Shown piece by piece: positions 23,699 to 33,517 of a DNA stretch of 63,724 bases. The translations under genes and the position numbers were made by a program. This DNA is from Saprolegnia diclina VS20 (Eukaryota): contig NW_008246142.1 in the NCBI RefSeq assembly GCF_000281045.1, forward strand, positions 30,634 to 94,357, in the 5' to 3' direction. Numbering within the stretch: position 1 is the first letter of the stretch; each line of letters opens with the position of its first letter. The notes beneath the pieces are model-generated. The model searched no databases. It was not told the origin of the DNA and saw nothing but the letters and a program-made list of their open reading frames with translations.

Positions 23699-25630
23699 CT
23701 AGACGTCGTAGAATTCTTGGTACACGGGGAGGTCGTCCACGCAAAGCGACTCGTCGGTGCTCCCCATCTTGGTCATATCCTTGGTGACTGGCGCTTTGTT
23801 GGAACCGGTGTCGCTGTGGTACAGGGCACTGTTGCCGTCCAGCATGGCCTTGAGGCGATTGACGATCTCAACGGCCGTCGGGCGGACTATCTTGGGGTTG
23901 TCGGACCAGCCTTCGTGGAAGAGCGTCTTGAGGCCGGGCACCGCCAGCACCTCCTTGGAGAGTTCGGGGCGAAAGCCGTGGAGTATTTTGTCAGCCGCGC
24001 GGCGCTGGCCTTCGGGCGTGCTCACGGACGATCCAAATTTGTCGTCCTTTGATGCATTCGGGTGCAAAATGTCCCAGAACGTCATCGTCAAGCTGAAGAT
24101 GTCGGCCGACGCATTGTAGTACGCAACGTTGTTGCGGTGCGGGTAGAGCACTTTAGCGCCGCGCATGACCTCGGGCGCCATGTAGCAAAGCGTGCCAGCC
24201 ACCGTGCGCGGCGCTTTTGTCACGAGGTCGTCGACGAGCGTCGCGTCACCAAAGTCAGAGAGCTTGATGATCTTCTGGAGGTCCTGCGTCTCGAAGAGCG
24301 TTTGGACGAAAAAGTTGGCCGGGCGCACGTCGCGATGCAGCACCATGTTGGCGTGCGTCCACCCGACGCCCTTGGCGCAGTGCAGCATGTAGGTCAGGCG
24401 GACACGCAGCGAAAGCCCCAGTCCTTTTGTTCGCAAATGCGACGCCAGCGACGTCTCGCAGAGGTCCGTGACGAGGCAGAGCGCGGGTGGGTGCACTGCG
24501 AGGCCAAAGCTGTGCACAATGTACTTGTTGCACATCGTCGGCAGCGTCGCGATCGACGTCTCGAGTGCGACCTTGGCGACCTCGTCGGCGAGAAAGAGCT
24601 CCGGGTTGAACGTCTTGATCGCGACGCGCTGCGGCTCCATGTTTTCGTACCCGTGGAGCAAGCCCGAGGCCACCGTCGCCGTGCGCCCGACGCCCTCGAC
24701 GACGTGCGGTTCCTTGAACGCGAGCGCGGAAAAGTCCAAAATGACACTCGACGCGTCGACAATCATACGCCGAACGGCCTCGTCGTATGCGTCGACCTCG
24801 TCCGCCGTGAGGTTCTTGAAGCGCGCGACGATCTGGCGAAACTCGCGCGACGGCGGGAAGACGGCGTGGGCGCCGCGCCAAAATTTGGTGTCTTCGCGGA
24901 AAATGTTGTATAAAAAGAGCGGCGAAAAGACGAGGAAGCCCGAAGCGGCGTACACGCAGTTGTAGCCGATCGCAAAGTAGTGGTACTTGAAGGCCATGTG
25001 GTAGGCCATGACGAGGAGCGTGTAGAGGAGGCCGAGGCCCGAGTACCACCGGATCGAGGACGCGGCGCCGCGGGACGTCGGCGGCCAAAGCAGGTTGTAC
25101 ACATAGTGGCCCGCGGACGCGGCCCGTACAAAGAGCAGCGTGACGTAGACGTCGCCGAGCGGCCGGTGGCACTCGACCGCATAGATGATCGGGATCGGCA
25201 CGATGCTGAAGAGCGTTGCCCACGCGATCGCCTTGAGCGTCGTGCTGCGCGAGACGGCCGGGTACTGCATCGTCCAGACGACCACGTTGACACTAAAGTT
25301 GCGCATCGCGTAGAGGAGCTCGCCTTCCGTCAAGCTCGTTGGGACAGGCGCAAGGCCGACCGCGATGCCCATGCTTAGCGAGACGCCCATGACGAAGAGG
25401 ATGAGCGGTTTGTGGAAGGGCATGATGATCGACTCGCGCGCGTCTTCGAGGTCCAGCTCGTCCGCGCCTTTCTCGCGCTTGCGCTCGTACCACGCGATAC
25501 CGAGGTAGACGCCGAGCGCCATGAGGAACACCGCCAAGTACGAGATCATGAGGAGCCGCATGGTCCGGGGCACGCCGACCATGATCTGCTCGAGCTCGTC
25601 CAGCGTGTACACCTCGGGAATCGGGGCCAT
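23699..25630 (-). CDS. Multi-pass (about 7TM, GPCR-like) membrane domain fused to a TKL protein kinase; intronless
   Basis: About seven hydrophobic segments, then GVGRTATV, VAIK, HRDVRPANF, SDFG, GTLCYMAPE, ADIFS and RPTA. Start taken at MAPIPEV. Confidence 0.88.
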   Translation of the reverse strand: MAPIPEVYTLDELEQIMVGVPRTMRLLMISYLAVFLMALGVYLGIAWYERKREKGADELDLEDARESIIMPFHKPLILFVMGVSLSMGIAVGLAPVPTSLTEGELLYAMRNFSVNVVVWTMQYPAVSRSTTLKAIAWATLFSIVPIPIIYAVECHRPLGDVYVTLLFVRAASAGHYVYNLLWPPTSRGAASSIRWYSGLGLLYTLLVMAYHMAFKYHYFAIGYNCVYAASGFLVFSPLFLYNIFREDTKFWRGAHAVFPPSREFRQIVARFKNLTADEVDAYDEAVRRMIVDASSVILDFSALAFKEPHVVEGVGRTATVASGLLHGYENMEPQRVAIKTFNPELFLADEVAKVALETSIATLPTMCNKYIVHSFGLAVHPPALCLVTDLCETSLASHLRTKGLGLSLRVRLTYMLHCAKGVGWTHANMVLHRDVRPANFFVQTLFETQDLQKIIKLSDFGDATLVDDLVTKAPRTVAGTLCYMAPEVMRGAKVLYPHRNNVAYYNASADIFSLTMTFWDILHPNASKDDKFGSSVSTPEGQRRAADKILHGFRPELSKEVLAVPGLKTLFHEGWSDNPKIVRPTAVEIVNRLKAMLDGNSALYHSDTGSNKAPVTKDMTKMGSTDESLCVDDLPVYQEFYDV

Positions 25631-25953
25631 CGCAGCTCCTCTTCTCCGCTCTTCCAGGCCTGTGGCGAAAGCTGGACTGCAACTCGAACGCGCAAATCTG
25701 TAAAGGGCGTGTATCTTTATCCGGAATTCGGCCCTGTCGCGCCAGACGTTGCATACATTCATCAAGTACACATCGGGTGGCATCCGGATAACCGTGGAGA
25801 GCGCGCAACAGGGCAAGGGTCTTTCAAGCAGACTAGTACCATTCAAGTAGAACACGCGGATAGCTATAGTTGTCGTACTATTGCAGTGGGTGAAGGACCT
25901 AGGTCCAGGCCTACTAGTATATAGTATGTTGGCTTGACCATATAGACGACCGA

Positions 25954-28131
25954 TCACATGGGCTGCACGCCGAGAACACCGTCGACCCTCGTCACGTAAA
26001 AACTGAAATCATTTCCGTAGCGCCAGAGCCCACGCTCGTCGGTAGCATGGACAGAGGCTGTCGCGGGCCCGAGTGTATCAAAGTAGCGCAGCACTTTTTT
26101 GTGGCCACGGTGCATCGCCGCCTCTCGGACCAGCGGCGTCCATCCAAAGCCGTAGCGTTCGTGCAAATGCTGCAGCATCTCGAGATGACCGAGCGACGCA
26201 GCACGGAGGAGCATGCGCTCCGAGACGCGGCGCGGTAATTCCGTTGCGAGGTTGATCGGGAAGGTGTTGCAAATGAGCTCCAAGATGGACAGGCTGCCGC
26301 TGCGCGCGGCGGCCACGAGCAGCATGTGCCAAGCGATTTCGGTCCGATCGTCGTTGGACAGCGACCAACCGAGCTGCCAGCATCTCTTCTGTAGCACGTA
26401 CGCGACAGTGTCGATGTGGCGCCCCTCAACCGCGCTCAAGAGGGACCGGTAGTAGGTGCAGATGTGGCCAAACCCCTCGTGGAGGTAGCGCACGACGTGC
26501 AAGTGACCGCTCGAGACGGCCTCGCTCATGGCAGTTGGCGGCACGGGGTGGCCCCGCGCGACGAGCAGCTCGACGATCTCGAGGTGGCCTTGAGTAGCCG
26601 CCCAGTACGTCGCCGACCCTTTGAAGTAGTCGAACTCGGCGCCACCACAAAGCGCTGGCATCACCGTGATATAGCGAGAGCTGTCGTCAGGCTTATCCGT
26701 GTGATTGTCGGCGCCGCCCGTCGGCACATCCAAGAGGTACTTTACTATCGCCAGATGGCCTGCATAGGCTGCGGTTGCCAAGGCGGCGTGGGTCCGGCAA
26801 AGTCCGTAGTCTTCGTGAAGCCAACGAACTACGTCCCAGCGGCCGGCGAGGGCAGCAAGAGTCATGGCGTCTTCGGTACAGCCGTCGCGCCGGTGCGCGT
26901 GCAGCCAATGCAGCACGTGCAGGTGACCACAGTAGCCCGCATACTCGATAGCTCGCGTCGAGCCGACGCGGAGTCGGCTCTTGTGCAAGAGCTCCAGCGA
27001 CGTGATGTCACCGTTGCAAGCCGCCAGCTCCATCACTCTGCAGTGCTCCCACCGATCGATCGGATGGTCACCGTCGGCGTACCGCCGCGGCCCTCGGCGA
27101 AAGTCGACTGTCATGTCCTCTGGTGCGTCTGGCGGCAGCCACTCGTCGTCGGCTTCTTGCGGTCGCGCGTACTCTTGGTCGATGCACTCCAAGACGTAGC
27201 GCAACATTGCGTGGTCTCGCGTGGCGACAGCGAGCTCCAGCAACGCTCTGGTCATCTTTTTTAGGTATCCACGCGTGTACACGTGCCGCAGCGCTGCGAG
27301 CCCCGCCTGCTGTACGATGCGCGTGAACGCTGCGTCCGCCAGCTGGAGCGTCGCTGCAACAAGGTCGACCGCTTGAAGATGTGTCTCGCCACGTACGCTA
27401 TGACTCTTGTGCTTGCCGTGCGGGGCCTCAAAGTAGAGCCACGGCTTGACGCCTTCGGTGCGTTCTGAGAGAAGGTACTGGACGATCGCCGCGTGGCCGT
27501 GGACCACCGCCGCGGTGGCCGCAACGCTCGTGCAGCCCTCGGTGCGCGTTGCATGCAGAAAGACCACGACATCGAGGTGCCCGTTCATGGCCGCGCCATC
27601 CATCGCCGCCGAAGTGCAGTGCGCGCCGGCCTCGTGAAGCCACGAAAGCAGCGCAAGGTCGCCCGACAAAGCCACGAGGTCCATCATCTTGGTGGTCGCG
27701 AATGCGGGAAACTGCACTAAAAGGAGGCGCAGAATCGGACCTTGGGATGCGGCCGCGGCCAGCTCGAGCGTTGCTGATGTGCAAAGCGATGCATCCCATC
27801 GCAGCCATTGCTGGACGAGCGCCATGTCGCCGTCGACGATCGCGAGGTGGAGCGCGAGAGCTCGGTCGTACACGCTTGGCGAGACAAAGAGCGCGTGGTT
27901 TGGCAGCTTGGTCGTCGGGTGGGCGTAGCGCTGGAGGTAAGGCAGCGCCGCGAGCCTGGCAGGAACGTGAGCGAGGTATCCGGTTTGCTCCTCGTTGGGG
28001 TGTTGCGAGCACGGCGTGAGCTCAATGGCATCAGCGAGGCGCTGGGCCACGGCCAAGTCTTCTGGTAGGCCTTCTTGGTACGCGGCGATGGCGGCGACGA
28101 GGTCGGGCGACCGTAGCACGGGCGAGGCCAT
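25954..28131 (-). CDS. Ankyrin-repeat protein of the expanded oomycete family; intronless
   Basis: Repeated AMDGAAMNGHLDVVVFLH...EGCT, GHLHVLHWLH, GHLAIVKYL, GHLEIVELL and GHLEMLQHL units. Confidence 0.9.
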   Translation of the reverse strand: MASPVLRSPDLVAAIAAYQEGLPEDLAVAQRLADAIELTPCSQHPNEEQTGYLAHVPARLAALPYLQRYAHPTTKLPNHALFVSPSVYDRALALHLAIVDGDMALVQQWLRWDASLCTSATLELAAAASQGPILRLLLVQFPAFATTKMMDLVALSGDLALLSWLHEAGAHCTSAAMDGAAMNGHLDVVVFLHATRTEGCTSVAATAAVVHGHAAIVQYLLSERTEGVKPWLYFEAPHGKHKSHSVRGETHLQAVDLVAATLQLADAAFTRIVQQAGLAALRHVYTRGYLKKMTRALLELAVATRDHAMLRYVLECIDQEYARPQEADDEWLPPDAPEDMTVDFRRGPRRYADGDHPIDRWEHCRVMELAACNGDITSLELLHKSRLRVGSTRAIEYAGYCGHLHVLHWLHAHRRDGCTEDAMTLAALAGRWDVVRWLHEDYGLCRTHAALATAAYAGHLAIVKYLLDVPTGGADNHTDKPDDSSRYITVMPALCGGAEFDYFKGSATYWAATQGHLEIVELLVARGHPVPPTAMSEAVSSGHLHVVRYLHEGFGHICTYYRSLLSAVEGRHIDTVAYVLQKRCWQLGWSLSNDDRTEIAWHMLLVAAARSGSLSILELICNTFPINLATELPRRVSERMLLRAASLGHLEMLQHLHERYGFGWTPLVREAAMHRGHKKVLRYFDTLGPATASVHATDERGLWRYGNDFSFYVTRVDGVLGVQPM

Positions 28132-28480
28132 CCTGTCAATGTCGACGAGGATGATTGTTGTGCTGTTGATTGTCGACCGTTAACCGTACAAGTGCTGTTT
28201 ATCCGGATACCTTGGCCGAAACCTTGGCCAGGGGTATACAGTGCACGTCATCAACAGCCAACACTAAAATGGTGTCCAAAACCGCCACCCACAAATTTAT
28301 ATATTACAGAATTTCAACGAAATAAGCGCGTAGATCGACTGTTTGGCACAAGACGAAGCGATCCGATTTTCAAAATTCGAAAAATTTAGGAAATGCATGG
28401 AGGCCAAAGTTGGCCGCTTTATACAGGGCGGAGAGCCAAATTGCAACAAGTAAGGCCATTTTTCTCGTGCGAGTAATATT

Positions 28481-28542
28481 ATTTCATCATTTTCTCTATT
28501 TTATTAATTATATTTCATCACTTTGACTATTTTATTAATATT
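28481..28542. repeat. Imperfect AT-rich 31-bp tandem duplication
   Basis: atttcatcattttctctattttattaattat followed by atttcatcactttgactattttattaatatt. Confidence 0.75.
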
Positions 28543-29525
28543 ACTATCCGGCATATACCAGTTTTACTATACATATAATCCGGATAAAGGCTGGACCGAA
28601 TTTGAAACAAATGTGGTCTACAGGCGACGTGCACCGTATGAGAGAGAGATGAGGGTGTGTCACGCCCATACAAACCTGCGGCGGATGATGCGGGAGGAGC
28701 CATCGTATCCGAACTGTCCGGATGATGATTTTTTGTTAAAATTTGATTAAAATGCGCTCCGCGGCCGCTGAGCGGCGCTTGGGTCTCTGTGCATGTAGCG
28801 CTCAAAGCATAGTTTTTCACGGCGCATGAAGCAGTCCCTTGCATGCACACACTTTAATTGTATAGATTAGTCTTTCGAAACGCATGAAACGAATTCAGAT
28901 GCGCTTCGTTAGCCAGCAAATAGTCCAATGTTGGGCATTCTTGGACACACAGACATGAAATTGGAAGCTTTTCACGGCTTGCCTTAAGACAAAACTTTGC
29001 AGGCTCATTTGCTATGTCCTAACACACGTGCTGGCGGAGTTTCACCCCAATATGAGCCGCCGCAGACCTCCATCCAGAGCGTCGTCATGGCTGCGCGATA
29101 CTCAATACCAAGTAGCAGTAGAGATAATGGTCTATTGATCTTGATGAGTTGACTATGACGGCCGACGGAGTGTCGAGGACGGCAGTGCACGAGGAGACCC
29201 GCGTTGTGTCGATAAGAGTGTCTGTGGATTAGCACAAAGGCTGCGATGGGTCGTACTGGCTGCCCACTTGTCTATTCGTAGTCGTGACTGAAGAGCGTGG
29301 TCTGGTTGTACAGAGCTGGTGTTATATTGGGAGGGCAGACTTCTTCGTTCTTGGCACACCGTACTGCCAGCTCGTTCTGCCACGTACAAATCCCACGCGT
29401 GTATTTCCTGCGTTTGAAAAAACCACGTTTTTCACGTGTCGTTTTTATTCGCCCAACCGGATACGCATTCCGGTTCGAATCCATCGCTGGCCTTCGAGTG
29501 ATTTCTGAAGTTGCGACAAAGAAAG

Positions 29526-30363
29526 ATGCTGCGCCGCGCCGTCCTCCGCCCTGCCAGCCGCGCTGCCCGCGCCTTCACCTCGGCGGCAGGCCCCAAGCCC
29601 GACATTACGACCAAGCTGCAGAACGCAGGGGTAGGCCATGCGCTGCGTCATTGCCAACGGCGTAGGCTAACGGGACGCATTCGTAGCCTGTGTCGTGGGC
29701 GAGCATGGCCTTGGCCGGCGTCATTGGCGGCGGCGTCTTGATGTACTACAAGAACGAGAAGGACCGCTTGCAGACGCAGACGACGGGCAAGGTCACGACG
29801 GTCGGGAAGGCGCTTTTGGGCGGCCCGTGGACGCTGGTCGACTGCGCGTCGGGCACGTGCGTCACGGATGCGTCGTTCCGCGGCAAGCACACGATTCTGT
29901 ACTTTGGCTTTACGCACTGCCCGGACATTTGCCCGAACGAGCTTGTGCGCCTTGGCGAAGGTACTTGACATCGTTGTCGCATGCTGTAGGATCAACCTCG
30001 CTATGTGTAGTGCTGGACAAGGTTCCCGACCTCGACATTGAGCCGCTCTTCATCACGGTCGACCCGGCCCGCGACACGGTGGCGCAAATGGAGGCGTACA
30101 AGCAGGACTTCCACCCGAAGCTGCGCATGCTCTGCGGGACGCCCGACATGATCAAGGACGTGACCAAGGCGTACCGCGTCTACTTCACCAAGGCCGATGA
30201 GACCGAGGTCGACGACGACGCCGAGGAGGACGAAGAGTACCTCGTAGACCACTCGATCGTCATGTACCTCATCGGCCCCGACGGCGAGTTTATGGACTTT
30301 TTCACGCAGTCGGCGCGCGTCGACGACATTGTCAAGAAGATTCGCACGCTTGTCCAACAGTAA
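29526..30363 (+). CDS. SCO1: Cytochrome c oxidase copper chaperone SCO1/SenC (3 exons)
   Basis: Mitochondrial presequence, TM, GGPWTLVD, YFGFTHCPDICPNEL, FITVDPARD and YLVDHS. Confidence 0.95.
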
Positions 30364-30544
30364 TATCGCTGGGTAAAGACTCCAATATAGATGGGCTCTG
30401 GCCACGACCTGTGTGCGAGGTACGAGGTATAAGCTGCCGGAGCTATGCTCTGTACATCCTACGGACCATGGAGAGGCAACCGACAAAGGAGGTACTGTAT
30501 GTAGCGTCGGCACCGACGCGCGCCGAGCGTGCGACCGGTGGCGC

Positions 30545-31141
30545 TTAACGGTAGAGTTGTTCGACAGACAAGTTGTGCGCAATCTCAAACTCCCACTTGT
30601 CGCCGTTCGAGAGGAGCTTGGCCTTGTTGTACAAGAGCTCTTCGTGCGACTCGGTGGCAAACTCAAAGTTGGGGCCTTCGACAATGGCATCGACGGGGCA
30701 CGCTTCCTGGCAGAAGCCGCAGTAAATGCACTTGGTCATATCAATATCATAACGGGTCGTCCGGCGGCTGCCGTCCTCGCGCGGCTCGGCTTCGATCGTG
30801 ATCGCCTGCGCCGGGCAAATCGCTTCGCAGAGCTTGCACGCAATGCAGCGCTCTTCGCCGCTCGGGTACCGGCGGAGCGCGTGCTCGCCACGGAAGCGCG
30901 GCGACAAAACACCCTTCTCGAACGGGTAGTTGATCGTGACCTTCTTCTCGAGGTGGATCTCGAACGCGAGCCACGACGCACGGAAGATTTCGCCGAGGAA
31001 GAAGAGGTTGGCCGCCTTCTCGACGACTTCGTTCAACGTCGGCTTCTCGATGATCGGGCTATCGCGGTCCGTCGAGTAGGCCGCCGTGCAGGGCGCGCGG
31101 GGAAGGCGCTTGGGCGCGGCGCGGGCGACACGGCTCAACAT
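30545..31141 (-). CDS. NDUFS8: Complex I Fe-S subunit NDUFS8/TYKY
   Basis: [20 protein letters not shown] and two 4Fe-4S motifs ([24 protein letters not shown]). Confidence 0.98.
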   Translation of the reverse strand: MLSRVARAAPKRLPRAPCTAAYSTDRDSPIIEKPTLNEVVEKAANLFFLGEIFRASWLAFEIHLEKKVTINYPFEKGVLSPRFRGEHALRRYPSGEERCIACKLCEAICPAQAITIEAEPREDGSRRTTRYDIDMTKCIYCGFCQEACPVDAIVEGPNFEFATESHEELLYNKAKLLSNGDKWEFEIAHNLSVEQLYR

Positions 31142-31204
31142 GGCTGGCGAAGGGCTGCAAATTCCACAAGTCAGTGGTCGTTAATGCCAGATTCGGTCGT
31201 CGAT

Positions 31205-31375
31205 GCCATTGGCCAAAACGCAATCTTTTTGACCAATCCACAACGAAGCATTCGGTTACATACAAAGACCAAGGTTTTTGGTCGAGGGACCGCGCACCGG
31301 ACCTTCGTCGGCCTTCGATGCCGAGTGCCAATTGGTGCATCGCACGTCATTTTGACCAATGGCGTTGCATTGGGC
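31205..31375. promoter_or_regulatory. Cluster of CCAAT/ATTGG boxes upstream of NDUFS8
   Basis: At least five CCAAT or ATTGG pentamers within about 170 nt, just 5' of the gene. Confidence 0.45.
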
Positions 31376-31789
31376 CACCCCGAAGAGACGCGGGATGCTA
31401 TTGTATTACATATCAATATCAAGTAATTAAATAGTCAGGTCTCAAATACGCCGGCTTAAAAAACGCAAATTTTCGCGGTGGGCCAGAGGCAGCATCTCGA
31501 AGCAACGCAGAAGTCCTTGGCATCGCGGGATTCCACGAGCCTATTGTCAATGGTGACGTATCGCTATGGTGTGCAGTGCATGCAGGCGTCCTGTACCACC
31601 TGCCACGTCACCTCGCTCATCAATCCAAAATACCATGCTTGTTGAACTAATCGTCAACACGCAGCAAGGCCTGCTACTAGAAAAGCAACATTAAGTGGAG
31701 TGCTTTTAGCCTGTTGCAAAGTGTGGCAAAACACGATTGCACTTTCTAGCCGTCGATGGAGCGCGATTTGAGTAAGCCCGTCAGGCAAC

Positions 31790-33025
31790 ATGAGCACCAA
31801 GCTCATGGACCACGTAGCCTTGCTTTGCACCGTCTTTGCTGCGGGCGTCGGCCTCGGGTACTTGGCGACGACGTACCTGCCGCGCCGGCCAGCGAGCGCC
31901 ATCGACCTCTCAACCTTTGAGATTGAGCGCATCACCAAGGCCTTTGACAATGAAATGTGCATCGTGGGTACGCTTCGCGGACGCCCGAACGAGAAGATGC
32001 TGCTCGTGCTTCAAAAGCAAAAGTTTGCGGCCGGCGACGCGTGCCAGATCCTCGCCAACCTCTCGCTCAAGCAGATCCATGCCAACGACGTCTACTCGAA
32101 CCATATCGGCGTGCTCTCTGGCGACAATGATGCGCTCCGCGTACGAATTTATGGATGCTATGGCGCTCATCCCAACGCAGGTGACCATGATCTACCCGGC
32201 GACGCCCGCGCACATTGCCAAGCACACGGAGCAGACGTTCCGGTTCGTCACCGAGACGCAATCGCTCTACGAGACAGTGACGCGCCCGTACATTGAGAGC
32301 ATTCCAAAGGACAAGATCCAGTGGGTGTACAACATCCTCGACCGGTAGCAACTGTAAGAACTCATGGTGGCACTTGCGAATTTTGTCTGCAGCACACAGG
32401 AAGCCGACAAGATTTTACTCGAAGACAACGACCCGACCACCGGTTTCCTGCTCTTGCCCGACACCAAGTGGTCGCGCTTCTCGCATGTACGTGGATGACG
32501 CTGGACTCTTAACTGTTGTGCTGACGCGATCTAGATGGAGAGCTTGTATGTTCTGGCGCTGGTGCTGGACAAGTCGATTCGGTCGGTGCGCGACTTGACG
32601 GGCGACCATCTCCCGCTGCTTCGCAACGTCCGGTGCGCTCGCGTTTACATCTGAAATCGTATTTTGATTCTGGTTCAGTGATCAGAGTCTGGCGCTGATT
32701 GCGACCAAGTACGGCGTCGCGGCCAACAGCATGCGCATTTTTGTGCACTATCAGCCGTCGTACTACCACTTTCACATTCACTTTGCCCACATCAAGGTGC
32801 CGTTTGGTACGTTTTCTTTGTGGAACTATTGCAAAAGGGCGTGTTTTGATTCTGCAATTTGTTGATCCAATAGGCATTTTTACCGGCAAGGCGATTCTAC
32901 TCGACGACATCATCTACAACTTGTCGCACGATCCTGCGTACTACCAAAAGGCGACGCTCTCGTTTGTCGTCGGCGAACAGCAGCACGCGGCGCTCTACAA
33001 GGCCGTGCTCGCTCACGGGGAGTAG
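31790..33025 (+). CDS. DCPS: m7GpppX diphosphatase (scavenger decapping enzyme DcpS), multi-exon
   Basis: IYPATPAHIAKH, VTETQSLY..VTRPYI, QWVYNILD, GFLLLPDTKW, RSVRDL, HIT motif VHYQPSYYHFHIHF and KAILLDDII. Confidence 0.93.
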
Positions 33026-33517
33026 GTGTTGCCATCTCTGGCTCGATCGACTCGTTGAGTAGTGGTTGAGTACCATGTAGCGACGCCTAGAGTTTAGAGT
33101 TTTGTCATTCTACTTTTCTAAGCGAATAACTCGGAATCCTTCTCGAATATGACCACAGTCGCGATTGAGCAGCGTACCACTTCGAAATACCGTCCAGCAC
33201 AGCAGCTTGTTGTCGGCAACGCGTCCGTGGGGGGCAAGAGTTGTGTATAGGAGCTATTTCATGTACTGTTGGTCTAGGGTAACACGCCATGCGTCGTTGT
33301 CTTCCCAGATTTGACATATGCAAAAGCAATCTAATCGTATATAGAGTTCTTTTGCTAAAAAAAATCCGCCCACAAGATGGCAAATTGTCTAGAATGGATA
33401 ATAAAAGTTAGTAGCATAGTCTATATATTGTCTTGAGAAGACATTTCGAACAGGAAACAACATGAAACTTAAGACAGAAAAATGTATTGTAAACGGCGGC
33501 GTCCGAGCCAAAATCGA

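Noticed and set aside
25631..25957. N-terminal 109-aa extension of the 752-aa kinase ORF
   Set aside because: Non-coding-like composition, and it overlaps the ankyrin gene stop; MAPIPEV is the more plausible start.
29455..29482. GGTTCGAATCC (tRNA T-loop/B-box) and AACCGGA-N7-TCCGGTT hairpin upstream of SCO1
   Set aside because: The T-stem does not pair beyond 2 bp, and there is no acceptor stem, D-arm or A-box, so it is not a tRNA.
30413..31426. Long antisense or alternative-frame ORFs over real genes (also 35979-37229, 43683-44411, 51783-52721)
   Set aside because: Expected shadows of GC3-rich coding sequence.
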